This document shows, piece by piece, positions 1 through 9,418 of a DNA stretch of 35,563 nucleotides; positions within the stretch are counted from its first letter, which is position 1; each line of letters begins with the position of its first letter. Position numbers and translations under genes: made by a program. The notes beneath the pieces were generated by a model, which had not been told where the DNA came from, did no database searches, and saw nothing but the letters and a program-made list of their open reading frames with translations. This DNA comes from a virus (lineage: Duplodnaviria; Caudoviricetes), in IMG/VR virus record IMGVR_UViG_3300011338_000058, positions 1 to 35,563 of that record; one strand, written 5' to 3'.

Positions 1-127
1 GAGCTGCAAGCTCGCATCTTGGCCGAGGGTATGAAGAAACTCTTTAAGGGCATTCTGTATTTGATGACCACCCACCAAGACAAGCCACGCATGGTGCGTT
101 TGCGTAATGAGTGGGTGCAGATCGATC
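1..127. repeat. Terminal direct repeat, copy 1 (circular assembly overlap)
   Basis: Identical to 35437-35563. It lies inside the portal ORF, and 127 nt equals a common assembler k-mer size. Confidence 0.95.
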
Positions 128-738
128 CTCGCGTTTGGGACGCTGGCATGGATGTCAATGTCAACATTGGCTTGGGCAATGGTGATTTGGGTGAGCGTAT
201 GCAGGGCCTGACCATGATTGCAGGCAAGCAAGAGCAGATCATGCAGCAGTTTGGCCTGTCCAATCCTGTGGTGACGCCATCCATGTACATCCGCACGATT
301 CAGAAAATCGTTGAGTTGTCAGGGTTCAAGGACGCATCAAGCTATTTCCAAGATTTGCCTGCTGACTTTCAGATGCCACAGAATGAACCAAAGCCCACAC
401 CCGAAGAGGTGCTGGCACAGGTGCAGGCGCAGTCGATCCAAGCTGATATTCAGAAAAAGGCTGCCGAGCTGGAATTGAAGCGCGAGCAGATGATTCGGGA
501 CGATGATTATCGAAGAGATCAATTGGCGCAGGACTTAATGCTCAAGAAGTACGAATTAGAGTTAAAGTACGGCACACAGATAAGCACTGCCGAGATTGAT
601 GCTCGACAGGCTATGGACAGAGAGGCAATGCAACAGCAAACAGCTCTTGTACAAACCGCGGTACAAGCCGCCAACCAAGTACAAGCGCCGCCAGTTGAGC
701 AGATGCCACCCATCAACCTTAATGGAATGGTTCAATGA
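1..738 (+). CDS. Portal protein, C-terminal part (continues from 33991 across the circular join)
   Basis: Same frame as the open frame starting at ATG 33991. It has a Q/E-rich coiled-coil tail like the P22-type portal barrel. The joined ORF is about 727 aa. Confidence 0.9.
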   Translation, partial: ELQARILAEGMKKLFKGILYLMTTHQDKPRMVRLRNEWVQIDPRVWDAGMDVNVNIGLGNGDLGERMQGLTMIAGKQEQIMQQFGLSNPVVTPSMYIRTIQKIVELSGFKDASSYFQDLPADFQMPQNEPKPTPEEVLAQVQAQSIQADIQKKAAELELKREQMIRDDDYRRDQLAQDLMLKKYELELKYGTQISTAEIDARQAMDREAMQQQTALVQTAVQAANQVQAPPVEQMPPINLNGMVQ

Positions 739-995
739 ACGAAGAACAGGTAAGAAAAGGCCGCAAGTCCGAGCAGTTCATGCAGGACGAGGTATTTGCA
801 ACGGCCTTGGAGAAGATGCGCGGAGATTTACTTTGGGAGTTTGAGAACAGCAAACCCGAAGAGGCGGCCAAGCGTGAAATTGTGTGGGCGCAATTGCGTG
901 CCATAGAGAACTTCAAAAATGAGCTGACCAAAATGATCGACAACGGCAAGGTGGCGCAACGCGCCATTGAGCGCGCACAAAAGAATCTTGTTTAA
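735..995 (+). CDS. Small helical head-module protein between portal and scaffold
   Basis: 86 aa, ATGA overlap with the portal stop. Position is typical of podovirus head modules. Confidence 0.75.
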   Translation: MNEEQVRKGRKSEQFMQDEVFATALEKMRGDLLWEFENSKPEEAAKREIVWAQLRAIENFKNELTKMIDNGKVAQRAIERAQKNLV

Positions 996-1011
996 ATAAG
1001 GAAATAGGCCA

Positions 1012-2004
1012 ATGCAAACAGTAGCACCAACGCCAGCGGCGAGTGTTGTACAAGGTCCAATGAATATGGCTGAAGCAGCCAATGCACTTGAGGGATTACT
1101 GCCCGATGAGGGACAACAGGAAGACCGCGAGGCGCAGTTGCCTGATGAGGGCGCGGCGGTAGACGAGGAATTATTAGCAGATGCAAACGCGGCTGATGAT
1201 GAAACCGATACCGAACAATCCGAGTTAGATGAAGACACCGAGGAGCAAGAGCAGCCACAGATATTCTCCGTCAAGGTTGACGGCAAAGAAGTTGAAGTGA
1301 CGCTGGAGGAGCTTCAAAAGGGCTATTCAAGGACTCAGGATTACACACGCAAAACGCAGCAAATCGCAGAGGCGAGGAAACAGACCGAAGCTGAGTTGCA
1401 GGCAGTGCGTGCCGAGCGTGAACAATATGCTCAGTTGTTGGGAGCGTTGGAGGCACAAGTTCAACAAGCGGCGCAGCCAAACATTGATTGGGATACTCTT
1501 TATCGGGAAGACCCCATCGAATACGTCAGGCAGCGCGAGGTGATGCGAGAGAACAAAGAGAAGGCAGAAGCTATTCAAAGTGAACAGCAGAGGCTAGCTT
1601 ATTTGTCTCAGCAGGAGCAAGCACAGTTAATGCAGCAGAAATTGCAGCAGGAACAGGAGGCTTTATTGGCGGCCATCCCTGATTGGAAAGACGCCAAGAA
1701 AGCTCAAGCTGAAAAGGCTTTGCTTGTGGAATTCGGTCAAAAGATTGGATTTACACCCGAAGAGTTGAAAAGTGTCGTGGATCACAGGGCGGTCTTGATG
1801 TTGCGTAAAGCAGCACTCTACGACCAGATGATGTCCAAGCGGGGCAACATCAAGCCGGTGACCAACAACGGCCCTCGACCTGCCAAGCCTGGCGCAGCAG
1901 GGCGAGTCTCAAGTTCCACTGAGTCGGTTCGCGCGCAACAGCGCGTAGCGAAAACTGGCCGTGTCGATGATGCGGCCAATGCAATCTTCCAACTCTTGAA
2001 ATAA
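1012..2004 (+). CDS. Capsid scaffolding protein
   Basis: Acidic N-terminus, VKVDGKEVEVTLEEL..GYSRTQDYTRKTQ motif, long coiled coil, directly upstream of the capsid gene, AAGGA RBS. Confidence 0.85.
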   Translation: MQTVAPTPAASVVQGPMNMAEAANALEGLLPDEGQQEDREAQLPDEGAAVDEELLADANAADDETDTEQSELDEDTEEQEQPQIFSVKVDGKEVEVTLEELQKGYSRTQDYTRKTQQIAEARKQTEAELQAVRAEREQYAQLLGALEAQVQQAAQPNIDWDTLYREDPIEYVRQREVMRENKEKAEAIQSEQQRLAYLSQQEQAQLMQQKLQQEQEALLAAIPDWKDAKKAQAEKALLVEFGQKIGFTPEELKSVVDHRAVLMLRKAALYDQMMSKRGNIKPVTNNGPRPAKPGAAGRVSSSTESVRAQQRVAKTGRVDDAANAIFQLLK

Positions 2005-2014
2005 GGAATAAATC

Positions 2015-2977
2015 ATGACTATCGTAAGCAATACATTCACGTCATACTCTGCAAAGGGTATCCGTGAAGATTTGAGCAATGTGATCACAAACATCGCTCC
2101 CGAAGAAACCCCCTACCAATCCAACATTGGCCGTGAAACCATCTCCAACACTTTGTTTGAGTGGCAAACCGACACACTCGCAGACGCTGCATCTAATGCA
2201 CAGCTTGAGGGTGATGATGTTGCATCGTTTGATTCAGTGACTGCCACTGTTCGTTTGACCAACTATGCTCAGATTTCACGCAAGACCATCATCTTGTCGA
2301 ACACTGAAGAAGTGGTCAACAAAGCAGGCCGCCGTTCTGAGTTGGCTTATCAGATCGCCAAGCGCGGTTCTGAATTGAAGCGTGACCAAGAATTCATCAT
2401 GTTGAACGGCGGTGTGGCTGTTGCCGGTAACACCACCACAGCTCGCGTGACTGCTTCTTTGGGCGCTTTCGTAAAGACCAACACCGACAAGCAGACCAAC
2501 GGCGTTGACCCTAGCTACACCACATTGCCTAACTCAGCTCGCACTGACGGCAACGTGCGTACTTTCACTGAAACCATTCTCAAGAATGTGATTCAGAAAG
2601 TATGGACTGCTGGCGGCACTCCGAAGATTCTGATGGTCGGTCCCGTCAACAAGCAACGTGTGTCAGGTTTCTCTGGCATCGCATCTCAGCGTTACAACAT
2701 CAATGGTGGTGATCGTCCTGCCACATTGATCGGCGCTGTTGACATCTACGTCAGCGATTTCGGCCAAGTTTCAGTCATTGCAAACCGCTTCCAGCGCGAG
2801 CGTGACGCTTGGGTGATTGATCCTGAATACGCAAAGATGACTGTCCTGCGTCCTTACCAACAAGTCGAGTTGGCGAAGACAGGTGACGCTGAAAAGCGTA
2901 TGTTGTTGATCGAATTCGGCCACAAAGTCTTGGCAGAAAACGCTCATGGTCTGGCAGCAGACTTGATCACTTCTTAA
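2015..2977 (+). CDS. Major capsid protein (DUF5309/SU10-like, HK97 fold)
   Basis: REDLS..I.NI.P.ETP, EWQTD.L, NY.QI..K, ELKRD.E and LAKTGDAEK motifs. Strongly biased codon usage, followed by a hairpin. Confidence 0.9.
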   Translation: MTIVSNTFTSYSAKGIREDLSNVITNIAPEETPYQSNIGRETISNTLFEWQTDTLADAASNAQLEGDDVASFDSVTATVRLTNYAQISRKTIILSNTEEVVNKAGRRSELAYQIAKRGSELKRDQEFIMLNGGVAVAGNTTTARVTASLGAFVKTNTDKQTNGVDPSYTTLPNSARTDGNVRTFTETILKNVIQKVWTAGGTPKILMVGPVNKQRVSGFSGIASQRYNINGGDRPATLIGAVDIYVSDFGQVSVIANRFQRERDAWVIDPEYAKMTVLRPYQQVELAKTGDAEKRMLLIEFGHKVLAENAHGLAADLITS

Positions 2978-2991
2978 TCAACTAAGAGGAA

Positions 2992-3019
2992 AAGGGGAGG
3001 AGAAATCCTCCCCTTATTT
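2992..3019 (+). terminator. Hairpin or weak intrinsic terminator after the major capsid gene
   Basis: AAGGGGAGGA-GAAA-TCCTCCCCTT is a perfect 10-bp stem with a GNRA loop and a short TTATTT tail. Confidence 0.7.
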
Positions 3020-3021
3020 AC

Positions 3022-3336
3022 ATGGAAAAACGATTTTTTGATGCAAGCCCCGAAAAAGGGATCACGCGCACTTGGCACTACAACGATGAGACTGATGAGG
3101 CAACGATTCAGACAACTCAGGATATGACTGCTGTCATTGAGGCCAACAAGCGCGACTTTGCTGCTGTGGACAACAAGGCGAACTGGAAAGGCGAGTGGCA
3201 TCATGTTGCCAGCATTCCTGAGTCGGTTTACTTTCAGTTGAAGGCAGAGGGCAAGCTGGATGATCAGGCTTACATGAAGAAATGGCTCAACGATTTTGAC
3301 AATAGATTTTTTAGAGTGAGGCCAGGTAAGGTATGA
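3022..3336 (+). CDS. Hypothetical phage protein
   Basis: 104 aa with HVASIP..KKWLND..N..FR motif, in the post-capsid position. Confidence 0.75.
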   Translation: MEKRFFDASPEKGITRTWHYNDETDEATIQTTQDMTAVIEANKRDFAAVDNKANWKGEWHHVASIPESVYFQLKAEGKLDDQAYMKKWLNDFDNRFFRVRPGKV

Positions 3337-3986
3337 ACTACATCGCAGTCTGCACGCCAGCGCGTGACATGGTCCACACCAATTACACATATTGCATGGT
3401 CAACATGGTTGCGTACCACACGCTCAACACCACTGACGCTGTCAGCCTCAAGATACTGCAAGGCACACTGATTCAGAATCAGCGTGCTGACTTGTGCCTT
3501 GACGCCATGCGTGAGGGGTGCAGCCATATCCTGTTTATCGACTCTGACATGACATTCCCACAAGACATGATCCAGCGGCTGCTGGCGCATGATGTGGACA
3601 TTGTGGCGGCCAACTGCGCTCGCAGACGTATGCCAACAGGACCAACCGCGCAGAACTATGACGAGAATGGCAAGCGTAAGGCTGTTTATACGATGCCCGA
3701 ATCATCAGGGCTTGAAGAAATCGGTTCTGTCGGTACTGGCGTCATGCTGATCAAGCGTGGTGTCTTTGAGGGTATGACTGAACCTTGGTTCGATATGCCT
3801 TGGCAGACTGGCACTCGCGGCTATATGGGAGAAGATGTCTTCTTTTGTAAAAAGGCGCAGGAGCTTGGCTTTAAAGTGTATATTGACCATGATGTCTCGA
3901 AAGAGATCGGACACATTGGCACATTTGAATTCAGACACGATCACACTTGGATCGTCAAAGAAGAGATGGAAAAAGAGGCAGTCTGA
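3333..3986 (+). CDS. GT-A fold (GT2-like) glycosyltransferase
   Basis: HILFIDSD (DxD motif), GTGVMLIKRGVF, GEDVFFC and a C-terminal GH motif. Confidence 0.8.
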   Translation: MNYIAVCTPARDMVHTNYTYCMVNMVAYHTLNTTDAVSLKILQGTLIQNQRADLCLDAMREGCSHILFIDSDMTFPQDMIQRLLAHDVDIVAANCARRRMPTGPTAQNYDENGKRKAVYTMPESSGLEEIGSVGTGVMLIKRGVFEGMTEPWFDMPWQTGTRGYMGEDVFFCKKAQELGFKVYIDHDVSKEIGHIGTFEFRHDHTWIVKEEMEKEAV

Positions 3987-4615
3987 TGGCACTTACAACA
4001 TATGCAGAGCTGAAAACCTCGGTTGGCGACTGGCTCAACCGCACTGATTTGGCAACCGCCATTTCAGATTTTGTCAGCTTGGCAGAGGCTCAAATTGAGC
4101 GCCAGTTGCGTACACGTCAAATGATTGTGCGTGCCAATGCAACATTTGCGGCGGCGGCTGAATACGGCACTGTGCCTGATGACTTCTTAGAAGTCAAAGC
4201 CATAAAGATCAACACCAATCCGATCACCAACCTAACATTTCAGACCATTGATGCGATGGACTCATTGTCGAATACGACATACTTGTCCAGCGGCAAGCCT
4301 TTGTATTTCAGCGTGGTGGGGAATCAATTCAGACTGTTGCCAATCCCTGATGGCGAGTACACCGCAGAACTGGTCTATTACGCCAAGTTGACTAAGTTAT
4401 CAGATACAAACACCACCAACTGGCTGCTGACTCAAGCACCTGATGTCTATTTGTATGGTTCACTTTTACAGGCTGCGCCATACTTGCAAGACGATGCGAG
4501 AATCTCTGTATGGTCATCGCTATACATGGCAGGACTTGATCAGTTGCAGATTGCAGATGATCGTGGTTCTACCTCGGGTGGAGCGATTTTGACAAGGGCA
4601 AGGACATTCGGATGA
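3986..4615 (+). CDS. Head-tail adaptor protein
   Basis: Start MALTTYAELK at 3986 (TGATG overlap). WLNR.DL, F..LAE..I.R.LR and NWLL..APD.YLYG.L motifs are typical of this adaptor family. Confidence 0.8.
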   Translation: MALTTYAELKTSVGDWLNRTDLATAISDFVSLAEAQIERQLRTRQMIVRANATFAAAAEYGTVPDDFLEVKAIKINTNPITNLTFQTIDAMDSLSNTTYLSSGKPLYFSVVGNQFRLLPIPDGEYTAELVYYAKLTKLSDTNTTNWLLTQAPDVYLYGSLLQAAPYLQDDARISVWSSLYMAGLDQLQIADDRGSTSGGAILTRARTFG

Positions 4616-4800
4616 TAGTTAACACCACCAAAGGCGAGATGGACGATTCATTGCTTGAAAAGCGTGAGGGTTCATTGGACAACGATACCGAGACAACCAA
4701 TTGGGTTGAGTATTGGCTGAATGGTGAGTTGGTGCATCGATCTGTCCACATGGTGCTAAAGCGCAGTGTCTTTGCTGACGGCATCAGTCAACAAATTTAA
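4612..4800 (+). CDS. Hypothetical protein
   Basis: 62 aa, ATGA-coupled, WVEYWL.GELVHRS motif. Confidence 0.7.
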   Translation: MIVNTTKGEMDDSLLEKREGSLDNDTETTNWVEYWLNGELVHRSVHMVLKRSVFADGISQQI

Positions 4801-4810
4801 AGGATAAATC

Positions 4811-5266
4811 ATGGCTAATACGCAAGCAATGTGTACCAGTTTCAAGGGTGAGCTGCTTGTCGGCCACCATAACTTTGGCACTGGCGTGGTACGCGCTGCC
4901 ACTACAGCAGACACTTTCAAGGCTGCCTTGTACTTGGACTCTGCCACAGTCAATGCGGCTACCACAGCCTACAGCTCCACAGGCGAGGTGACAGGCACAG
5001 GCTACACCGCAGGCGGTGTTACAGTGACATTTGGTACGCCTCCTAGCACCAGTGGAACTACAGCATTTGTGACTCCAAGCGCCAGCATCAGCTACTCTGC
5101 TGTGACTTTGTCAACAGCCTTTGACGCAGTCCTGATCTACAACTCGACTCAGTCAAACAAGGCAGTCAGTGTGCATACATTTGGCAGTCAGACAGTGACT
5201 GCTGGAACATTCACCTTGACCATGCCTGTCAATGATGCAAGCACTGGCCTGATCAGGCTGGCTTAA
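4811..5266 (+). CDS. Virion structural protein, Thr/Ser-rich beta protein
   Basis: FK.ALY, GEV.GTGYTAGG..V and GTFT.TMP motifs, strong RBS, capsid-like codon bias. Confidence 0.7.
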   Translation: MANTQAMCTSFKGELLVGHHNFGTGVVRAATTADTFKAALYLDSATVNAATTAYSSTGEVTGTGYTAGGVTVTFGTPPSTSGTTAFVTPSASISYSAVTLSTAFDAVLIYNSTQSNKAVSVHTFGSQTVTAGTFTLTMPVNDASTGLIRLA

Positions 5267-5279
5267 CTGGGGCAGCGGT

Positions 5280-5798
5280 ATGGCTGCTTATGGAACAGGC
5301 TATTACGGCAGGGGCGTCTATGGCATAGGTAATGTCGTAATCAGCGGCAATTCGTCTACTGGTGCTGTTGGCACACTACTCACTGACAGATCAGTCCAAG
5401 AAGATGGAACGATTGCCACCGGCAATGTCGGGACTGTAGGGGTTACCAAAACTGTTGCCATTACAGGCAATGCAGCCACTGGCGCTATCAACTCTGTATT
5501 AGTCTCTCCAATCATCACCGGCAATGCTGCGACTGGCGATGTTGGCACAGTATTGGCCGAGGTTATATCGTTCCAAGACATCACAGGCGTTGATGGTACT
5601 GGCGCTGTTGACAGTGCTTTGGCCGTCATTGAGGTTGCGATAATTGGCGTTGAGTCTGTTGGCGCTGTTGGCACAGTGATTGGCTTTGGATGGGGTGCTG
5701 TACCAAACACATCAGAGAGCTGGACGCCAATTTCAGACTCATCAGAAAGTTGGTCTGATTTAGCAGACAATTCAATCACTTGGCAACAAGCCGCATAG
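5280..5798 (+). CDS. Putative tail or decoration protein with G/T/V-rich repeats
   Basis: YG.GYYG.G.YG N-terminus, repeated ITG..ATG.VG.V units, C-terminal SESW repeats. Confidence 0.7.
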   Translation: MAAYGTGYYGRGVYGIGNVVISGNSSTGAVGTLLTDRSVQEDGTIATGNVGTVGVTKTVAITGNAATGAINSVLVSPIITGNAATGDVGTVLAEVISFQDITGVDGTGAVDSALAVIEVAIIGVESVGAVGTVIGFGWGAVPNTSESWTPISDSSESWSDLADNSITWQQAA

Positions 5799-5809
5799 GA
5801 GTTTTTAGC

Positions 5810-7240
5810 ATGGCAGATACCACCACAACAAATTTATTGTTGACAAAGCCCGAGGTAGGCGCATCAACTGACACTTGGGGAAGTAAGGTAAATACAGACT
5901 TAGAAAGTATTGACGCTGTCTTTGCGGCTGCCGGTACTGGTACATCAGTTGGCTTGAACATTGGATCAGGCAAGAAGTTGAAGCTGGTTGGTGATGTCAT
6001 TGATACCAACGGCAATGAGCTGCTAAAAGTGACTGCCACAGCCTCTGCTGTGAATGAAGTAACACTTGCTAATGCTGCTACTGGTGGCACACCAACATTG
6101 ACTGCATCAGGTGATGACACCAATATCGGCATGAAGTTTGTTGGCAAAGGTACTGGTGAAGTGACTGCTAGAGTGAATGGCTCTGATGTATTCAATGCGT
6201 CAAGCAACTTTGGCTTCAAGAACCGCATCATCAATGGTGCGATGGTGATTGACCAGAGAAATGCGGGGGCTAGCGGAACTGCAAACGCTTACACAGTAGA
6301 TAGATTTGCTTATTATGGAACTCAATCATCAAAAGGAACATGGCAACAAAACGCTGGCTCTGTAACCCCACCAACAGGTTTTATTAAATATCTAGGATTT
6401 ACTTCTTCATCTGCGTATTCAGTTATATCAACTGATTTATTTGAAATCTACCAGTTGATTGAAGGATTAAATGTTGCCGATCTTGGTTGGGGTACTGCTT
6501 CAGCATCGTCTGTCACTTTTTCATTTTGGGTTCGTAGTTCTTTAACAGGGACATTTGGTGGCTCACTTGCAAACTCTGCTGGCAATAGAGCATATCCGTT
6601 TAGCTACACAATTTCTGCGGCAAACACATGGGAGCAAAAATCAGTAACGATTGCTGGAGATACTACTGGAACTTGGTTAACAACTAATGGGATAGGGATG
6701 CAAGTTCGTTTTGGACTTGGTTCGGGTTCAACTAACACCGCAACTGCTGGCTCATGGGGCGCAACTAATGCAATCCAACCAACTGGTTCTGTATCAGTAG
6801 TCGGTACATCAGGCGCTACTTTCTACATCACAGGCGTACAGCTAGAAAAAGGCTCAACAGCAACGTCATTTGATTACAGACCTTATGGGACTGAGTTGCA
6901 GTTGTGTCAGAGGTACTATCAAACATCCTATCCTTATGGAGTTGCATTACAGGGTTTGACCAATATAACAGACGGCGCTGTTTTTATTTGTTTTAATACT
7001 TCAGACACAGCAAATGGCGGCCCATTGCCCGTAACAATGAGAGCAACACCAACATTTGCAACATACAGTAGTAATAGTGGCGTTGGTGCAAACTCTGCAC
7101 GCAATGGTGCTGGCGCAGATGTGACTGGTATTACATTAAATGGTGGTTCAACAAATAATTTACCCAGACTAACTAAAGTCAGTATTGGAACTCAAGGAGC
7201 GCCACTTACGGCTCATTGGACTGCTACTTCGGAGTTATGA
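5810..7240 (+). CDS. Tail fibre / receptor-binding protein
   Basis: Start [23 protein letters not shown] after a [44 protein letters not shown] module. AT-richer C-terminal region. Confidence 0.85.
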   Translation: MADTTTTNLLLTKPEVGASTDTWGSKVNTDLESIDAVFAAAGTGTSVGLNIGSGKKLKLVGDVIDTNGNELLKVTATASAVNEVTLANAATGGTPTLTASGDDTNIGMKFVGKGTGEVTARVNGSDVFNASSNFGFKNRIINGAMVIDQRNAGASGTANAYTVDRFAYYGTQSSKGTWQQNAGSVTPPTGFIKYLGFTSSSAYSVISTDLFEIYQLIEGLNVADLGWGTASASSVTFSFWVRSSLTGTFGGSLANSAGNRAYPFSYTISAANTWEQKSVTIAGDTTGTWLTTNGIGMQVRFGLGSGSTNTATAGSWGATNAIQPTGSVSVVGTSGATFYITGVQLEKGSTATSFDYRPYGTELQLCQRYYQTSYPYGVALQGLTNITDGAVFICFNTSDTANGGPLPVTMRATPTFATYSSNSGVGANSARNGAGADVTGITLNGGSTNNLPRLTKVSIGTQGAPLTAHWTATSEL

Positions 7241-7241
7241 A

Positions 7242-7403
7242 ATGTATAAATTAATTAAAGATAGTATGGAATTGATTGTTAAGTCTGTGATGAGAATAAC
7301 TGACAACGCTTGCATCCCATTCGACCCCGCCAATACCGACTACCAAGCCTACCTAGCATGGCTAGCCGAGGGCAACACACCATTGCCAGCGGATGAATCA
7401 TGA
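7242..7403 (+). CDS. Small tail-fibre-associated protein (possible chaperone)
   Basis: 53 aa from ATG 7242 with [30 protein letters not shown] motif, directly after the fibre gene. Confidence 0.7.
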   Translation: MYKLIKDSMELIVKSVMRITDNACIPFDPANTDYQAYLAWLAEGNTPLPADES

Positions 7404-7594
7404 GTGACTTAGAAAAGGATTTTGCCGTGCATGAGGCTATTTGCGCCAAGCGTTATGAGGCCATTGAGGACAAGCTGGAGTCAGGCAAGTCTAGGATGCA
7501 GAAGATTGAGATTCAGCTCTATATCGTCATTGCGGCCATCTTGTTTGGGCCTGGCGTTGCTGCTGACCTAGTGAAGAAGATATTGGGGCTGTAA
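7400..7594 (+). CDS. Small coiled-coil plus TM protein (XhlA/holin-like)
   Basis: HEAICA.RY coiled coil followed by one C-terminal hydrophobic helix. First gene of the lysis cluster. Confidence 0.65.
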   Translation: MSDLEKDFAVHEAICAKRYEAIEDKLESGKSRMQKIEIQLYIVIAAILFGPGVAADLVKKILGL

Positions 7595-7598
7595 CGAT

Positions 7599-8285
7599 GT
7601 GGACCCCATATCAATCCTCTTTGCAGCAAACGCTTGTGTTGCAGCCATCAAAGAGGGATGCGAACTCTACAAGCAGGCTAAAACCTCTTTCATGGAGGTC
7701 AAGTCCACTGTTGAAGAAGCTATTGGTGTTGCCAACGAAGTCAAGGGATTCTGGGCAAAGCTATTCGGATCAAAGCCAGCGGCCCAACAGCCTGTCCAAC
7801 AGACGCGCAAAAAGGAAAAGTATGTAGCAGTCAATGAGACTCAGGTGATGATTGATGTGGTTGCACAGCTCACCGAGTTTTTTAAGCTGCAAGAGAAGCT
7901 GGCTGCACACATCAGGGAAGAGGAAGAGAAGAGCAAGAACATCTACGACCCAGACTCCAACCTCATGGAGGCAGCACTCAAGCGAGTGATGGCGATGGAT
8001 CAGATGGCCGAGCTGGAGAAGACGATCAGGGAAACCATGGTCTACCAGTCACCACCTGAGATGGGCGCAATTTATTCAAAGACCTTTGAGATGCGCGACA
8101 TCATAAAGGCTGAACAGGAGAATGCTAGGCTCAAAGAGGAGGCGAAAGAGAGGGTCAAGCAATGGCAACGGCAGGAAGCAAAGCGAAACTTGCACGCAAA
8201 GTCAGCATACCTAGTAGCAACTTTGATATTCCTAATCTACCTTTGGGCGTGGCTGTTGTTCGTAAATCGATTGGGGAAGACATAG
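7599..8285 (+). CDS. Coiled-coil protein with C-terminal TM helix
   Basis: 228 aa, MDPIS start, hydrophobic YLVATLIFLIYLWAWLLFV tail. Confidence 0.7.
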   Translation: MDPISILFAANACVAAIKEGCELYKQAKTSFMEVKSTVEEAIGVANEVKGFWAKLFGSKPAAQQPVQQTRKKEKYVAVNETQVMIDVVAQLTEFFKLQEKLAAHIREEEEKSKNIYDPDSNLMEAALKRVMAMDQMAELEKTIRETMVYQSPPEMGAIYSKTFEMRDIIKAEQENARLKEEAKERVKQWQRQEAKRNLHAKSAYLVATLIFLIYLWAWLLFVNRLGKT

Positions 8286-8452
8286 TGGGATGGGTGGCCG
8301 CTGTTATTCTTGTCGCACTAATGCTTCCAATGCTTGGTATGCTTTACCTCGACATCTTGGAGGCCAAGCATGAGGCCAAAGTGCAGTTGGAAAAGGTGGA
8401 AAAGCTCAGACGGCAGATTGAGGCGCAACAGCGAAAGGATAAAGACAAATGA
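8285..8452 (+). CDS. Small TM plus coiled-coil protein
   Basis: GTG start overlapping the upstream TAG. N-terminal TM segment then a charged coil, 55 aa. Confidence 0.6.
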   Translation: MGWVAAVILVALMLPMLGMLYLDILEAKHEAKVQLEKVEKLRRQIEAQQRKDKDK

Positions 8453-8631
8453 ATGTGTATGAGATTTGGGTTCTGTCAGTCTTGCTGGTGGTGCTGACCG
8501 GCTGCGAAGATCGTTATCGCTACCCATGCCAAGACCCACTTAATTGGCAAAATGCCGAATGCAAGCCGCCAATATGTACTGCGGCAGGAACTTGTCCAGA
8601 GATGCTTGTTAAACCAGAGGAGAAGAAATAA
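8449..8631 (+). CDS. Cys-rich lipoprotein
   Basis: Signal peptide ending in lipobox LTGC, with four further Cys residues. Confidence 0.75.
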   Translation: MNVYEIWVLSVLLVVLTGCEDRYRYPCQDPLNWQNAECKPPICTAAGTCPEMLVKPEEKK

Positions 8632-8954
8632 TGCCGACAGTCGGATACAAACCAAATAATCGCCTCAATGCTGATGAGATTGAGGTCAGGGTATGGGCAT
8701 TCGTTATCGTTGTCTTGGTGACCATCCTGCTGGCCTCTATGGGGATGTTTCTCTACTCAGTTTCATTTGTTACTCAGCCGATGAATGGGCAGATGGCGGC
8801 CATCGATAAGGTGTACACCCAACAGATCAGCACCATCATGGTCTTCATCACTGGTGTGCTTGGCGGTGTGGCTGGACGCTCTGGAGTCAAGGCGATTGCC
8901 AATGCCAGCGCCAAGGCTGAAGCTAATGACAATGATGAACCACCAGCACCATGA
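8631..8954 (+). CDS. Two-TM membrane protein (holin candidate)
   Basis: Two hydrophobic segments, located in the lysis cassette upstream of Rz. Confidence 0.6.
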   Translation: MPTVGYKPNNRLNADEIEVRVWAFVIVVLVTILLASMGMFLYSVSFVTQPMNGQMAAIDKVYTQQISTIMVFITGVLGGVAGRSGVKAIANASAKAEANDNDEPPAP

Positions 8955-9418
8955 GTCTGTTTAATCCTTGGGTGATCCTCGGCATCGTCATGGCGGTGCT
9001 GTCATCATTTGGCGGTGGATACTACAAGGGTAAGCATGACGAGCATACGCGCCAGCAAGTTGAGATTGCCGCGCTAAACGCCAAGGCAAGGGAGACTGAG
9101 CAGGCGATGGCGCAAGTGGCGCAGACTTATGGGCAGACATTACGAAAGGCGAACAATGCTGCAAAGGTTAAAGAAGACAAGTTGCGTGCTGATATTGCTT
9201 CTGGCGAGCGCAGGCTGTTCATTCCTGTCAAAGCCCCCGAGTGCGCCGTATCAGCCGCCGGTGATACCGCCACTGCCAGCGGAGATACAGAAGCAAGAGC
9301 CGAGCTTGACGGACGAGTTGCTCAAGCTCTTGTCGATCTCACCAGCCGAGGCGACCAAGCCATCCGCAGCCTCAACACCTGCATCGACCAATACGAAACC
9401 ATGAGGACCACAAAATGA
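8951..9418 (+). CDS. Rz: Inner-membrane spanin
   Basis: N-terminal TM, periplasmic coiled coil, LRADIASGERRLFIPV and AELD motifs, nested lipoprotein gene. Confidence 0.85.
   Translation: MSLFNPWVILGIVMAVLSSFGGGYYKGKHDEHTRQQVEIAALNAKARETEQAMAQVAQTYGQTLRKANNAAKVKEDKLRADIASGERRLFIPVKAPECAVSAAGDTATASGDTEARAELDGRVAQALVDLTSRGDQAIRSLNTCIDQYETMRTTK
9156..9404 (+). CDS. Rz1: Outer-membrane spanin nested in Rz in the +1 frame
   Basis: ATG 9156 with AAGG RBS. MLQRLKKTSCVLILLLASAG-C lipoprotein signal, Pro-rich mature part, fully embedded in Rz. Confidence 0.8.
   Translation: MLQRLKKTSCVLILLLASAGCSFLSKPPSAPYQPPVIPPLPAEIQKQEPSLTDELLKLLSISPAEATKPSAASTPASTNTKP

Noticed and set aside
5810-7240. Diversity-generating retroelement or invertible tail-fibre system
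   Set aside because: No reverse transcriptase, invertase or duplicated template region was seen.
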